Shown: in pieces, positions 51,413 to 60,350 of the stretch
Position numbering within the stretch: the first letter of the stretch is position 1
Layout of the letters: every line of letters begins with the position of its first letter
From: a virus
Strand: one strand, 5' to 3'
Length of the DNA: 64,000 nt
IMG/VR virus record: IMGVR_UViG_3300045988_179014
Coordinates: 32,001-96,000 of that record
Program-made: the position numbers and the translations under genes
Notes under the pieces: model-generated
Told to the model about the DNA's origin: nothing
Database searches by the model: none
The model's input: the letters and a program-made list of their open reading frames with translations, nothing else

Positions 51413-51841
51413 CATACACTTGAAATCTACAAACATAGTGACGGTTAAAAATTTTATGATAAACCTTCCTATAACCGTCACCAAAGTGTTGGAAGGGTGT
51501 TATCACAGTCCAAATAAGCTGGTTTCTTCACAGACTGATAGAAGAGCAGCGATTCCCTGAACGACACTGGATTCACAGGAACGGGAATCAGTTTCCTGTG
51601 CCAGTGGATTACACAGCTAGGGTGTAATCATCTTGGATAGCATTGGCAGCTATTTTTGCGAGCCTGTTTTACACCTCTTACTCAAAGGTGGTTTGCCTTC
51701 ATAATGTATTTAACTTTCAATCGATACCATTCAGCCCCAAGACTGAGAATACATCCATTATATCAACATTGGCGCAGAAGTCAAATGCTTGCAAGACCAA
51801 CCACACTTGCAAACAACATGATTCATTCTTGTGAAAACATG

Positions 51842-52576
51842 TCATTCATTTGTGGAAGAAGCGGATGGTGAACTGCTTGGGGCGTTAGCAGCTGCATTCT
51901 TCAAATTACGCAACATCTCTTCACCGTTAATCTTCCATTTGCCGTCAACATATGTCAATACCACAGCAGTCATTCCAGTGTTGTCAGTTCCAGTTGGCTG
52001 CTGTTGTCCATTCAACTTGAAAACTACATCCTGAAAATCAATACTGGCATGATTACCATTCATTCGTACTTTGTTTTCAGGAACGGAAACCTCTACTTTG
52101 TAGTTTTTCCCAGTTCCCGAAAGCATGGAAGATGATGCCATGGAGATAAGGTTCAAGTATGCACGGTCAGCATCGGAGGAAATATTGCTGTAATCATAAT
52201 GGTATGCCAATGGATTGAGTTCCTGAATACCATCTGCCAGCGTTTTTTGTTGTTCTTCAGTCAGACTGGCCAAAGCTTCATGAGGGTTCTTCGTTTTCCC
52301 TAGTTTTTCATAGCCTTCTTTCCCCAATGTATCCACCATTACTTTTTCCACTTTGGTGGTTGCTGCTTTTGCTTCATCGCTTTTCTCAACTAGTGTATTG
52401 TAGTATTCGTTGAGAAAATGTGATGCTCCAGCCGCGTTTTGCGTTCCGGCATCTGCTTGACTTGCACTGTTGATTGGAGCATTGGAAGTGGTGCAACCCG
52501 CAACTGTTAAAATGCCAGCAAGAAACGCTGTAGCAATCATTGTTCTGGGGTTTCTCTTTCGGATAATTCGTTTCAT
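51842..52576 (-). CDS. Lipoprotein, hypothetical.
   Basis: Signal peptide with lipobox LTVAGC at residues 23-28. Confidence 0.55.
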   Translation of the reverse strand: MKRIIRKRNPRTMIATAFLAGILTVAGCTTSNAPINSASQADAGTQNAAGASHFLNEYYNTLVEKSDEAKAATTKVEKVMVDTLGKEGYEKLGKTKNPHEALASLTEEQQKTLADGIQELNPLAYHYDYSNISSDADRAYLNLISMASSSMLSGTGKNYKVEVSVPENKVRMNGNHASIDFQDVVFKLNGQQQPTGTDNTGMTAVVLTYVDGKWKINGEEMLRNLKNAAANAPSSSPSASSTNE

Positions 52577-52788
52577 GAAGGTTTTCTCCCGTACCGTATT
52601 TTTCTTTCAAACAGTTTATCAAATCGAATATATTGAAACTGTATTGTTTGAATTTGGTATATTGTTGTTTTTGTTGAAAATTAGACGTTTTTGAGTGATT
52701 AAAAACCTGCCCAAATAATCCGAATAATGTTTCTGGATATTCAGACAGGTTTTGTTGTTTTCAAAAGTGTTGGCAATAGGACTTATTG

Positions 52789-53310
52789 TCAGGGTAGGCC
52801 ACGAGGAGCGTCACCATTCAAAACCCCTTCAATGTTTGGTTCGAAAAAGTTGGGTCCTTTCAGGATTTTTCCTAATGGTTTGGTAGTTCCGTCTGAAACG
52901 ATTGGTTTTCCATTTTCGTCCAGTTTGCTGAGATTAGATGCATGAACTTCTTGGAGAACTTTCTGAGACGGGATACCAGATTCAATGTCAAAACCTTCAA
53001 TAACGTATCGGAGGTCAGCTGTGGCATCAGCAGCAGCTACTACATCACGAGTTCCGTCATCAAGGTTTTTGGCTATACACCATGCTGCTTCCAACACATT
53101 ACTTGCGGTAGGACCATACACGGCTGCAACAAGTTCTCTGAACTCTTCTGCAATCAGTTCCATCTTCAAGTGCAGGCGTTCAGGAGGAATTACATCTGGG
53201 CGAAGTGAGGCTTTGGTGTCAGACGGGGGAACATGTTCTTTGGGATGGAAAATATCATAGAATTCCCGCACTAATTCATGTGAAGTACGATATCTTGGTG
53301 TATCAGTCAT
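52789..53310 (-). CDS. MazG-like all-alpha NTP pyrophosphohydrolase.
   Basis: ERLHLKMELIAEEFRELV...EAAWCIAKNL...DATADLRYVIEGF resembles the MazG/HisE-type EExxE and D-rich helices. The start is taken at the internal MTDTPRY because the longer ORF overlaps the upstream gene. Confidence 0.5.
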   Translation of the reverse strand: MTDTPRYRTSHELVREFYDIFHPKEHVPPSDTKASLRPDVIPPERLHLKMELIAEEFRELVAAVYGPTASNVLEAAWCIAKNLDDGTRDVVAAADATADLRYVIEGFDIESGIPSQKVLQEVHASNLSKLDENGKPIVSDGTTKPLGKILKGPNFFEPNIEGVLNGDAPRGLP

Positions 53311-53432
53311 AGATGAGTTTGTCCTTCCATATGAGTCAAAAATATTGTAACGAAAACCCCACCTCGTATTTGGAAGGTGGGGTTGTGTTAATAGCAAAAT
53401 GGGGAATATGGCCACGAAAATTGAGGAAGACC

Positions 53433-54479
53433 TTATTTGAGCAGACTTGCTATATCCATTAGAACTCGGTGGTCCGTGTTTGCATTCGCTGAAGTACAAC
53501 GAATAATATAATCCAAAGCCTGATTGATGGTCATGGCAGGAATATTACCCGGCCAGTAGACATTGTTGATAATAGCTGAACCTGAATCCGTAGGCATGAA
53601 AACCACAATAGCTTCAACATTCATCTTGGGGAAGAACTTTTGGAATCGTTCTTTGGCCATTTGCATGTTTTTGGTCATGGTTCTAGGTTTGTCCACCAGA
53701 TTCTTGGTAGCATTATCCACACAATAGAGTTTGGACCCATTATTGGTGTAAGTCACATCCCCAGACTTGTAAAACTTGGTATCCACAAGAATAATGGTGT
53801 TTCCATTGACTAGAATGCAGTCAATGTCCGTTTTGAATTTAGGGTCAGGTTTACGGATTGCAATTTCTGACGGCATGGCAACAGACCAGAAACTATGAAC
53901 CGTTTGAATGATACCATATCGAAAATCGGAATAATCAATCTTCTTAATACGTGCAGTAATCGCCAATGCCTTTGCAAAATTCGTTTCGCCCATTTGCCCC
54001 ATTTGTACACTGGACTGAGAAAAATTGGATGCATTAAGTCCACAACCAGGAACACCACGCATGTTCCTTACAGTATGGGTACTTGGCAGAGCAACGGTTT
54101 CCAGACAATGCGGTTCATAACCTGTTGAAATACCAGGATTAGTCGCTTTGTGAATGATGTTCTGACTCTGCGGCTCACCAGAAACCGTAGTGTTGGTTTT
54201 TGAAGAAAGGTCAATTAGGGCCTTTCTTCCTCTGAAAAGATTAAACAGAGGGAAAATGCGTATGGTACTGTGAAGCACATATCGTACAAATACCGCCAGA
54301 AGCACAGCCAGAATCAATCCAGTGTTAACGGAATGTCCAAATATGGCAAAGAGCAATGCAAATCTCCATGCTAGCATCCAAACCATTTTCAACAACTGCA
54401 TATGTTCCCCCTTAGGTATGGTTTTATTATAGCAGGTTACGTTAACAATGGTCAAAATAACAATCAAAATATTCGTCAA
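53433..54479 (-). CDS. Membrane-anchored NERD-like protein (third NERD-type gene in the window).
   Basis: N-terminal TM helices. Core DIDCILVNGNTIILVDTKFYKSG. Confidence 0.4.
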   Translation of the reverse strand: MTNILIVILTIVNVTCYNKTIPKGEHMQLLKMVWMLAWRFALLFAIFGHSVNTGLILAVLLAVFVRYVLHSTIRIFPLFNLFRGRKALIDLSSKTNTTVSGEPQSQNIIHKATNPGISTGYEPHCLETVALPSTHTVRNMRGVPGCGLNASNFSQSSVQMGQMGETNFAKALAITARIKKIDYSDFRYGIIQTVHSFWSVAMPSEIAIRKPDPKFKTDIDCILVNGNTIILVDTKFYKSGDVTYTNNGSKLYCVDNATKNLVDKPRTMTKNMQMAKERFQKFFPKMNVEAIVVFMPTDSGSAIINNVYWPGNIPAMTINQALDYIIRCTSANANTDHRVLMDIASLLK

Positions 54480-54772
54480 ACCATGAAACTTTTGTTATAC
54501 AATTGGATTCATTGAAACAACATGTGTGTATCAGAGACTATTAGAATTTGACTTGTTACCAGATTGTTTGATGTTTCTCAAAAACACTATGAAAGGTTCT
54601 ATTTGGCTTCCACAATTTTTAAGATAATACTAATATGGTTTAAGTCTTATACTTAAAGAATCGATTTACGGCTATTTATTGAACAAGAGTATCCATACAT
54701 TGCATCATTTACCGGATAGTGGCTTTTCGTCTCATTCTCGTTTTTGCCGTTGTAATTGATAACGAATTGATT

Positions 54773-55363
54773 TCACAATCCTTTTTTATCATCAAGCATT
54801 AACGTTTTGGGTCTTGGGCCATTCCAAGGCGGTAGTTGCGGATTTGCTTCATTTTGTGGAAATCGTGGAATCAAATACGCATGAATATGGGATATGGTGT
54901 TACTCAGAATGGCCAAGTTGACATGTTCCGTCTGAGTGGCTTGTTCCGTCTGAGTGGCTTGTTTGATTACTTTCATGGTTTGTTGTATCTCAGCCATGAA
55001 AGTATTTAAAACAGATGTGTCCAATTCATCTAATGATTCATGATGTTGTGTTAATCGAAGAATACATCTACCCGAGAATCTGTCATCATCATATAAACCC
55101 AATATACTGTTCTGGTATTTCCAAATGGGATGATAAAGTACGAATCTACAGTGGTCACATGGAGTGTCTGAAATCATCATTGAACCTTGGGTAGTGAATG
55201 CCTGTGGTTGAAATTGTTGGCCCAATTCTTGTAAGGACACCAAGAGAAATGATTGTTTGATGCGAATGGATATGTGATAGCAGCGGATACCCCGTGGAGA
55301 AACGCGCAAAGTTTGATGCGACACAACGCTAATTGAAAAGCTCGGTTCTGTGCATGACGCCAT
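54773..55363 (-). CDS. HIT-like (histidine triad family) protein. Possible frameshift with the overlapping ORF 55177..55509.
   Basis: ISHIHAYLIPRFP approximates the HxHxHxx triad (third His replaced by Tyr). An overlapping same-strand ORF in another frame could be the N-terminal part. Confidence 0.35.
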   Translation of the reverse strand: MASCTEPSFSISVVSHQTLRVSPRGIRCYHISIRIKQSFLLVSLQELGQQFQPQAFTTQGSMMISDTPCDHCRFVLYHPIWKYQNSILGLYDDDRFSGRCILRLTQHHESLDELDTSVLNTFMAEIQQTMKVIKQATQTEQATQTEHVNLAILSNTISHIHAYLIPRFPQNEANPQLPPWNGPRPKTLMLDDKKGL

Positions 55364-55584
55364 TGTGCCAATTTCTCGAACTCTTCATCCAATGCGGTCA
55401 CGAGCTGTTCATGAGGCAGGTTTGGATTAGGCCATGATAATTCAGGTGGCGGAACAGGCTGAATAGGGGCATTCTTTGCAAAACTGTGTAACCATGTCAT
55501 AATACTCATATAACCATTTTACGACATGACATGGTTGAGAAAAAGTAATGGGACCCAAGAGTATTCTCATTAGGTCCCGTATAG

Positions 55585-55658
55585 TTGCGGAGGCAGGATT
55601 TGAACCTGCGACCTCCAGATTATGAGCCTGGCGAGCTACCGAACTGCTCCACTCCGCT
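55585..55658 (-). tRNA. tRNA-Met (CAT), initiator-like.
   Basis: Cloverleaf with anticodon loop CUCAUAA. A1:A72 mismatch plus A73. D and T arms nearly identical to E. coli tRNA-fMet, but only one G-C pair among positions 29-31:39-41 of the anticodon stem. Confidence 0.8.
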
Positions 55659-55936
55659 ATGTGTTGTTAACAATATCAATATACTCAATATACTGAATAC
55701 AAAAGACATTGTATCAAAAGTACACAAATCCGTGTTCATGTTGAAGTTGTTGGTGAGGGGTGATGGGCTTGCACCATCATCTCTCAACAGTCCACTTTCT
55801 AGTGCGTTGAGCGGATTGTCTTTTCCGGAACTGGGTTAATTACTCCCAATTCGGCCCGGAAACACCTGTCCTAACTCCTGCATGTCTTATGCGCACTCAA
55901 CACGCAGCGATTGGACCAGCTTATCCCAACCCCTCG

Positions 55937-56024
55937 CGGAAGCGACACGATTCGAACGTGTGGCCTCTAAGAAAGAGACTCTGGTTTTCGAAACCAGCGC
56001 AATAAACCTCTCTGCCACGCTTCC
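55937..56024 (-). tRNA. tRNA-Ser (CGA).
   Basis: Acceptor GGAAGCG/CGCTTCC, anticodon loop TTCGAAA, long variable arm, T-loop TTCGAAT. Confidence 0.85.
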
Positions 56025-56098
56025 AAAATGTCAGGTTATCCCAAACAAATAAATTGTACCATATTATTCCAGTTCTACAACAGATGTTACTATAAAAC

Positions 56099-56584
56099 TC
56101 AAAAATGTGTTTCAAGTTGTCGCACTTTGATACCCACAGTCTTGAACATACGCTGTGCTGCTATGAACTCCCACCTGTTCCAATCAGGTTCAACAGCATA
56201 CACTACTTCTCGAATACCAACTTGGATGATTTCCTTGGCACATTCATTACACGGATACAAAGTCACATAAATGGTGGCATCTGTGAACTCGCGTAACGAA
56301 CCCCGAAAATTCAAAATAGCATTACGTTCTGCATGCACCACATATGGATACTTGTTCTCCAATGGGTCAGTCTCAGTTTTACACCACGGAAAGTCATGGT
56401 CATCAAACCCGTTAGGAGCGCCATTGTAGCCAATTGTGAGAATACGACGGTCCTGAGTCACCACACAGGCTCCTACTTGGGTTACAGGGTCTTTGGAGCG
56501 CTTCCCAGCTACCTCAGCCATCGCCATGAAAGTTTCATCCCATGTAGGAACTGTTTTACGAGCTTTACTCATCATTCCATCCAA
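56099..56584 (-). CDS. dCMP deaminase (ComEB/Dcd family cytidine/deoxycytidylate deaminase).
   Basis: Zinc motifs HAERNAI and PCNECAKEII. Confidence 0.85.
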   Translation of the reverse strand: MDGMMSKARKTVPTWDETFMAMAEVAGKRSKDPVTQVGACVVTQDRRILTIGYNGAPNGFDDHDFPWCKTETDPLENKYPYVVHAERNAILNFRGSLREFTDATIYVTLYPCNECAKEIIQVGIREVVYAVEPDWNRWEFIAAQRMFKTVGIKVRQLETHF

Positions 56585-57315
56585 CCGTAATTTTCAGAAT
56601 CAGTGGATTTATGTACTAATGAAAATAAAACACCAGTATATTCCAAAGTATTGTCACGTTTGCTTCCGTCAAAATGGAAGAATTTATGCACCAATGCAGC
56701 TAGAGTGATGTATGCTTCTTCCACAGTTTTACCATATGCGTTCAACTGTGGATTGTAGTAATGATTGGTGTATTCAGGAGCTATGTGTTCGCCAGCTTCC
56801 ACTTCCCACATATGGGGTTGATTGTTATGAGATGGGACAGGGAACAATTCCACCTGACGAGCATAGCCATTTTGATTCCAGCGCCAAGTAGATTGATTCT
56901 TGTCTCTAGTCCAAAAAGCTGGATGTTGGTCAATGAAACCATATGCTTTGAGAAAATCAGTAGGGTCTTTCTCCCACTCAGACGCCAACTCTAAAAACAT
57001 CTGATACTGATAACGTAATATTTGTTCTCTTTGCTGGTCAGTTACGGTAAAGCATAAACTCGTTCCATCAGTTTTCGTGGCTGGAGCATAGATACGTTGT
57101 TGGTCATGTTCAACTTCTGGGAGAGTCTCTGCAAATGCAAAATTCAGGTCTTTGGATACTGCCCAAGCATAGGCTTCAATAAATGTGTCAAAGTGTTTCC
57201 CAGAAATTGTATACTGTCCGTCCACGTATTCTAGATGTTGAATGGGGCGTGGAGTCGGAACCAAAGACCTCATCCACTCAGGAAGTTCAGGCAAAATCTC
57301 TTTGTTATCAGTCAT
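56572..57315 (-). CDS. Hypothetical protein.
   Basis: 247-aa ORF, Trp/Tyr-rich, no motif. Confidence 0.45.
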   Translation of the reverse strand: MTDNKEILPELPEWMRSLVPTPRPIQHLEYVDGQYTISGKHFDTFIEAYAWAVSKDLNFAFAETLPEVEHDQQRIYAPATKTDGTSLCFTVTDQQREQILRYQYQMFLELASEWEKDPTDFLKAYGFIDQHPAFWTRDKNQSTWRWNQNGYARQVELFPVPSHNNQPHMWEVEAGEHIAPEYTNHYYNPQLNAYGKTVEEAYITLAALVHKFFHFDGSKRDNTLEYTGVLFSLVHKSTDSENYGWME

Positions 57316-57464
57316 ATTTCCTACTTAGACATGTTCTGGCACACAATCAGTTTAACCAATTTTTAATGTTGAAATTTGTGGAACAATCAACACCAATCAG
57401 ACACAGTAACAGGATGGAACAGTTGATGGTTCGTTTAACATCAAACCATATGTCTATATGATTT

Positions 57465-57522
57465 ATATGGCTAAAAAACGACAAAAACTCCCATTATGTC
57501 TCAATTAATACATAATGGGAGT
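57465..57522 (-). terminator. Rho-independent terminator ending the minus-strand tRNA/ncRNA cluster transcript.
   Basis: 12-bp stem actcccattatg / cataatgggagt, followed on the minus strand by TTTTTGTCGTTTTTT. Confidence 0.55.
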
Positions 57523-57547
57523 CATAAATATTGCTACAACAATTAAA

Positions 57548-57580
57548 CCTACCCACCATGTTTCATGAGGTAGGTAGTAA
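57548..57580. terminator. Second strong hairpin, possibly a bidirectional terminator.
   Basis: cctacccaccatg ttt catgaggtaggtag palindrome with T-rich flanks. Confidence 0.35.
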
Positions 57581-57618
57581 TTGTTGTTTGTTGTATTTGC
57601 TAAACAACAGAGAACACG

Positions 57619-57726
57619 TAAGATTGGTATTTTAACGTGCTACCATTACACCAAGGTCCCATGTAGTGGAACCTGTAGGAATCGAACCTACACCTTTCCG
57701 GTTCAAAAGGAAGTAACCAATCTCCC
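57619..57726 (-). ncRNA. Y RNA-like element: a circularly permuted tRNA-like module (T-arm, acceptor stem closed by a 7-nt loop, D-arm) enclosed by a long terminal stem.
   Basis: Minus strand reads GAGATTGGT...GTAGGTTCGATTCCTAC AGGTTCC actacat GGGACCT TG GTG TAATGGTAG CAC...ACCAATCT. AGGTTCC pairs 7/7 with GGGACCT. The terminal 8-bp stem pairs 57621-28 with 57716-23. No canonical anticodon arm. The Ro60 gene is about 4 kb away on the same strand. Confidence 0.45.
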
Positions 57727-57870
57727 ACATCTGTTGATAGCATCAGTCCAGGAATCAATCCTTACCATTATAGGAGTTAGACTGAACTATTCAATTGTAT
57801 AAATTATATCATACATATACTTTTAGAGTATGAGTTCCATAGAGTATCTATCTATTGATGATGATTTTAG

Positions 57871-57944
57871 TAGCTGAGGAGGGATTCGAACCCTCGACCT
57901 TACGATTATGATTCGCATGCTCTAACCAACTGAGCTACTCAGCC
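57871..57944 (-). tRNA. tRNA-Met (CAT), elongator or Ile2 (lysidine) type.
   Basis: Acceptor GGCTGAG/CTCAGCT (G1:U72 wobble), anticodon loop ATCATAA, T-loop TTCGAAT. Confidence 0.85.
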
Positions 57945-57976
57945 AAGCGTGAGTTGAATTCTATATTATGTTATTG

Positions 57977-58050
57977 CGCCCTTGGCAGGATTTGAACCTG
58001 CGACCTTTTGCGTCGGAAGCAAATGCTCTATCCAACTGAGCTACAAGGGC
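57977..58050 (-). tRNA. tRNA-Arg (CCG).
   Basis: Acceptor GCCCTTG/CAAGGGC, anticodon loop TTCCGAC, T-loop TTCAAAT. Confidence 0.85.
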
Positions 58051-58144
58051 CAACTATATACTGTATACTAATTGGAGATGTGAAATTTCCATCTGTAACC
58101 TTAACTCTACTTAAGGTTGCTACACGAATTCTATAAGAAGAGGA

Positions 58145-58528
58145 TTAGGGAACTACATCATTTTTCCGAAAAACATTAATCCAATTTTCGCGAGAACCTG
58201 TGATGATGCCCTCGGAAAGCAATCTATCTACTTCTTCACTAATCCTTGCATCTCGTACTTGTGCTTTATGAATTGTCTCATAAGAACGGATATCATCAAT
58301 GGTTGGGGCTACATCTGATGCATAATCCCCACCTCGCATGAATGAATCTGACTGGATGGTTTCTACATTGAAAATTTGCCTGATTTTTTCATCAATCAGG
58401 TAGTGGTCACTCACAAGGGCTAATTTTCCATTTACATATAACGCTGACCAGTCCTCAGACCCTTCATATACAACATAACTAGTCATTTTTCCTCCGCATC
58501 TGTGTAGAGCGCATGGATGTTGTAGCAA
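58145..58528 (-). CDS. Hypothetical protein.
   Basis: 127-aa ORF between tRNA groups. Confidence 0.35.
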   Translation of the reverse strand: MLQHPCALHRCGGKMTSYVVYEGSEDWSALYVNGKLALVSDHYLIDEKIRQIFNVETIQSDSFMRGGDYASDVAPTIDDIRSYETIHKAQVRDARISEEVDRLLSEGIITGSRENWINVFRKNDVVP

Positions 58529-58535
58529 TATAGTA

Positions 58536-58793
58536 TTAGTTAGACTTTATTCTTCCAGAAAATTCGTTCCAAAGAGCTTCGACTTGAGCAAGATTTTTGG
58601 GACGAATATACTGACTTAGTTCGAAGCTGGGAAATGGTGTATTCATGGATAAAAATTCAACCCCAATAGCTTGACCATCAGGGTTAGCATCCAATAAAAC
58701 CTTGTCCGTTACCTGAACGCAATGCTCAGGCAATCCCGGTTTGAGAGTGACGTATAAACCATTATTACGTCTTTCTGCTTTAAAACGAGCCAT
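58536..58793 (-). CDS. Small DUF2283-like protein.
   Basis: 85 aa. ...NGLYVTLKPG...VLLDANPDGQAIGVEFLS... resembles the YDxxxDxLYIxL family. Confidence 0.3.
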   Translation of the reverse strand: MARFKAERRNNGLYVTLKPGLPEHCVQVTDKVLLDANPDGQAIGVEFLSMNTPFPSFELSQYIRPKNLAQVEALWNEFSGRIKSN

Positions 58794-58880
58794 TATACAC
58801 CTCCTGGATTTTTAGTATTCTAGACCCATAATCGACAAAAACCACATAGAGTTCAATCCATGTGGCTGTTTGTACTATAG

Positions 58881-58951
58881 CTGGGGTAGCAGGAATCGAA
58901 CCTACATTTCCGCATCCAAAGTGCGGCGTGATGCCGTTACACCATACCCCA
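58881..58951 (-). tRNA. tRNA-Gln (TTG).
   Basis: U1:A72 acceptor TGGGGTA/TACCCCA as in E. coli tRNA-Gln. Anticodon loop CTTTGGA. Confidence 0.85.
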
Positions 58952-58958
58952 ATAATAA

Positions 58959-59036
58959 TGGAGCCCCCTGTGAGATTCGAACTCACGACCTTTCGCTTAC
59001 AAGGCGAATGCTCTAACCAGCTGAGCCAAGGAGGCA
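58959..59036 (-). tRNA. tRNA-Thr (TGT), CCA encoded.
   Basis: Acceptor GCCTCCT/AGGGGGC, anticodon loop CTTGTAA, 3' TCCA. Confidence 0.85.
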
Positions 59037-59038
59037 TT

Positions 59039-59112
59039 GAAGACAGAGAACAATTCGTTGATAGTAATTAATATTGTTAATTGTGAAGTAACCATCAACT
59101 TCACTTCTGTCT
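59039..59112. repeat. Conserved structured spacer element, copy A.
   Basis: Core aattgtgaagtaaccatcaacttcacttct identical to 63633-63662. Outer stem gacagag/ctgtc shows compensatory changes relative to copy B (agatagag/ctatct). Confidence 0.5.
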
Positions 59113-59186
59113 TGGAGCGGATAACGGGATTCGAACCCGTACTAACAGTTTGGAAGACTGGTGTGCTGCCTTTGACACTACATCCG
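59112..59186 (-). tRNA. tRNA-Gly (TCC), CCA encoded.
   Basis: Acceptor GCGGATG/TATCCGC, anticodon loop CTTCCAA, 3' TCCA. Confidence 0.85.
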
Positions 59187-59346
59187 CAAGCGTACTGGTT
59201 GTTTCCTGGAGCCAGTACATAAAAACCGTATCACTTTGCGACAGTGACAGGAAACACGGTCGAACCCAACACTCAGATGCGGTTGAGTTGATGATTACAT
59301 CTGTTGGTTCTTTTTTAAATCAGGTCGCAACTGACCGCACCCAATG

Positions 59347-59419
59347 TGGACCAGAAGGGAATCGAACCCTCAGCCTCTTGTCTGCCAGACAAATGCTCTA
59401 CCAATTGAGCTACCAGCCC
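59347..59419 (-). tRNA. tRNA-Ala (GGC).
   Basis: G3:U70 pair present. Anticodon loop CTGGCAG. T-loop TTCGATT. Acceptor contains two further G-U wobbles. Confidence 0.8.
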
Positions 59420-59425
59420 TTATCG

Positions 59426-59498
59426 AGCGGACAACGGGACTCGAACCCGTAACCTTTACCTTGGCAAGATAATGCTCTACCAATTGAGCTATGTCCGC
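59426..59498 (-). tRNA. tRNA-Gly (GCC).
   Basis: Acceptor GCGGACA/TGTCCGC, anticodon loop TTGCCAA, T-loop TTCGAGT. Confidence 0.85.
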
Positions 59499-59606
59499 AT
59501 AACAACATTGATTGCAGAGTTTCTAAGAGCCAATGGGGGCCTTAGCGTTAGCGACGCCCATTCCCGACGCACCCTGCAATCAATGCGTTACCCAACCTAC
59601 GTTGGA

Positions 59607-59721
59607 GATGAAAGATTAACACCTTATGCCACTATTGGGAATCGAACCCAAGCCGCTCCTTTTCCGAGGAGTATTCTCCCATTAAAATATGGGACACAAA
59701 GGTTAATCTTTCATGATTGTT
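59607..59721 (-). ncRNA. Second tRNA-like element: a T-arm plus acceptor-like 3' strand with two upstream hairpins, all enclosed by a 13-bp long-range stem.
   Basis: atgaaagattaac (59610-22) pairs with gttaatctttcat (59703-15). Inside lies TTGGGTTCGATTCCCAA TAGTGGCA on the minus strand, with no matching 5' acceptor strand. Confidence 0.3.
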
Positions 59722-59804
59722 TTGGCAGTACCTATTCTGCCATTGAACTAAAACACTAAGTGAAGGTAACTGTCCGAAACCTGCCAATAACAGTTACCTT
59801 CCGA

Positions 59805-59877
59805 GCCGCCATCGGGAGTCGAACCCGAGACCTCTTTCCTACCAAGAAAGTGCTCTACCAACTGAGCTATAACGGCA
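59805..59877 (-). tRNA. tRNA-Thr (GGT).
   Basis: Acceptor GCCGTTA/TGGCGGC, anticodon loop TTGGTAG, T-loop TTCGACT. Confidence 0.85.
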
Positions 59878-59895
59878 GATAATTATTATTCCGAG

Positions 59896-59971
59896 CCATC
59901 TATGGGATTTGAACCCATGACTTCCCCATTACGAGTGGGGTGCTCTACCAAAAACTGAGCTAAGATGGCAA
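59896..59971 (-). tRNA. tRNA-Thr (CGT).
   Basis: Acceptor GCCATCT/AGATGGC, anticodon loop CTCGTAA, T-loop TTCAAAT. Confidence 0.85.
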
Positions 59972-59977
59972 CATTTG

Positions 59978-60052
59978 GCGCTCCTAGTAGGACTCGAACC
60001 TACACTCAATGGTTTAGGAAACCATGACTCTATCCTATTGAGCTATAGGAGC
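59978..60052 (-). tRNA. tRNA-Arg (CCT), CCA encoded.
   Basis: Acceptor GCTCCTA/TAGGAGC, anticodon loop TTCCTAA, 3' GCCA. Confidence 0.85.
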
Positions 60053-60066
60053 CCATAGATTGTTGT

Positions 60067-60140
60067 CTGGGAGGTAGGATTTGAACCTACGACTTCTCGC
60101 GTCCGAGGCGAGCGACCTACCAAACTGGCCTACACCCAGA
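60067..60140 (-). tRNA. tRNA-Pro (CGG).
   Basis: C1:G72 as in bacterial tRNA-Pro. Anticodon loop CTCGGAC. One U:U mismatch at 6:67. Confidence 0.7.
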
Positions 60141-60167
60141 TATTTGGTAATTTGCTGTTTACTAAGT

Positions 60168-60241
60168 GGCCCCGGTGGGACTCGAACCCACACTGTACAG
60201 GTTTTGAAGCTGTCCCCTCTACCAATTGGGGTACGGGGCCA
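60168..60241 (-). tRNA. Type-I (short variable arm) tRNA, most likely anticodon CAA (leucine codon UUG). Identity uncertain.
   Basis: Acceptor GGCCCCG/CGGGGCC, A73, D-stem CCCC/GGGG, T-loop TTCGAGT. The anticodon arm fits only as ACAGC-TTCAAAA-CCTGT with one C:C mismatch. The variable loop is only 5 nt. Confidence 0.55.
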
Positions 60242-60277
60242 TTGACCATAATATAAGTTCGTAGTTTTTATGATAGT

Positions 60278-60350
60278 ACCCCGAACGGGATTTGAACCCG
60301 TGTTACCGCCTTGAAAGAGCGGTGTCCTAGGCCACTAGACGACCGGGATA
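60278..60350 (-). tRNA. tRNA-Glu (TTC).
   Basis: D-arm GTCTAGTGGCCTAGGAC as in tRNA-Glu. Anticodon loop CTTTCAA. T-loop TTCAAAT. Confidence 0.8.

Noticed and set aside
57637-57730. Reading of this locus as an ordinary tRNA.
   Set aside because: The T-arm and acceptor 3' strand come before the acceptor 5' strand and D-arm, and there is no anticodon arm. It cannot form a canonical cloverleaf, so it was treated as a permuted tRNA-like (Y RNA-type) module instead.
58780-59037. 85-aa minus ORF, and the 95-aa plus ORF at 59472-59759.
   Set aside because: Both span well-formed tRNA genes. They are reading-frame artefacts of tRNA sequence.
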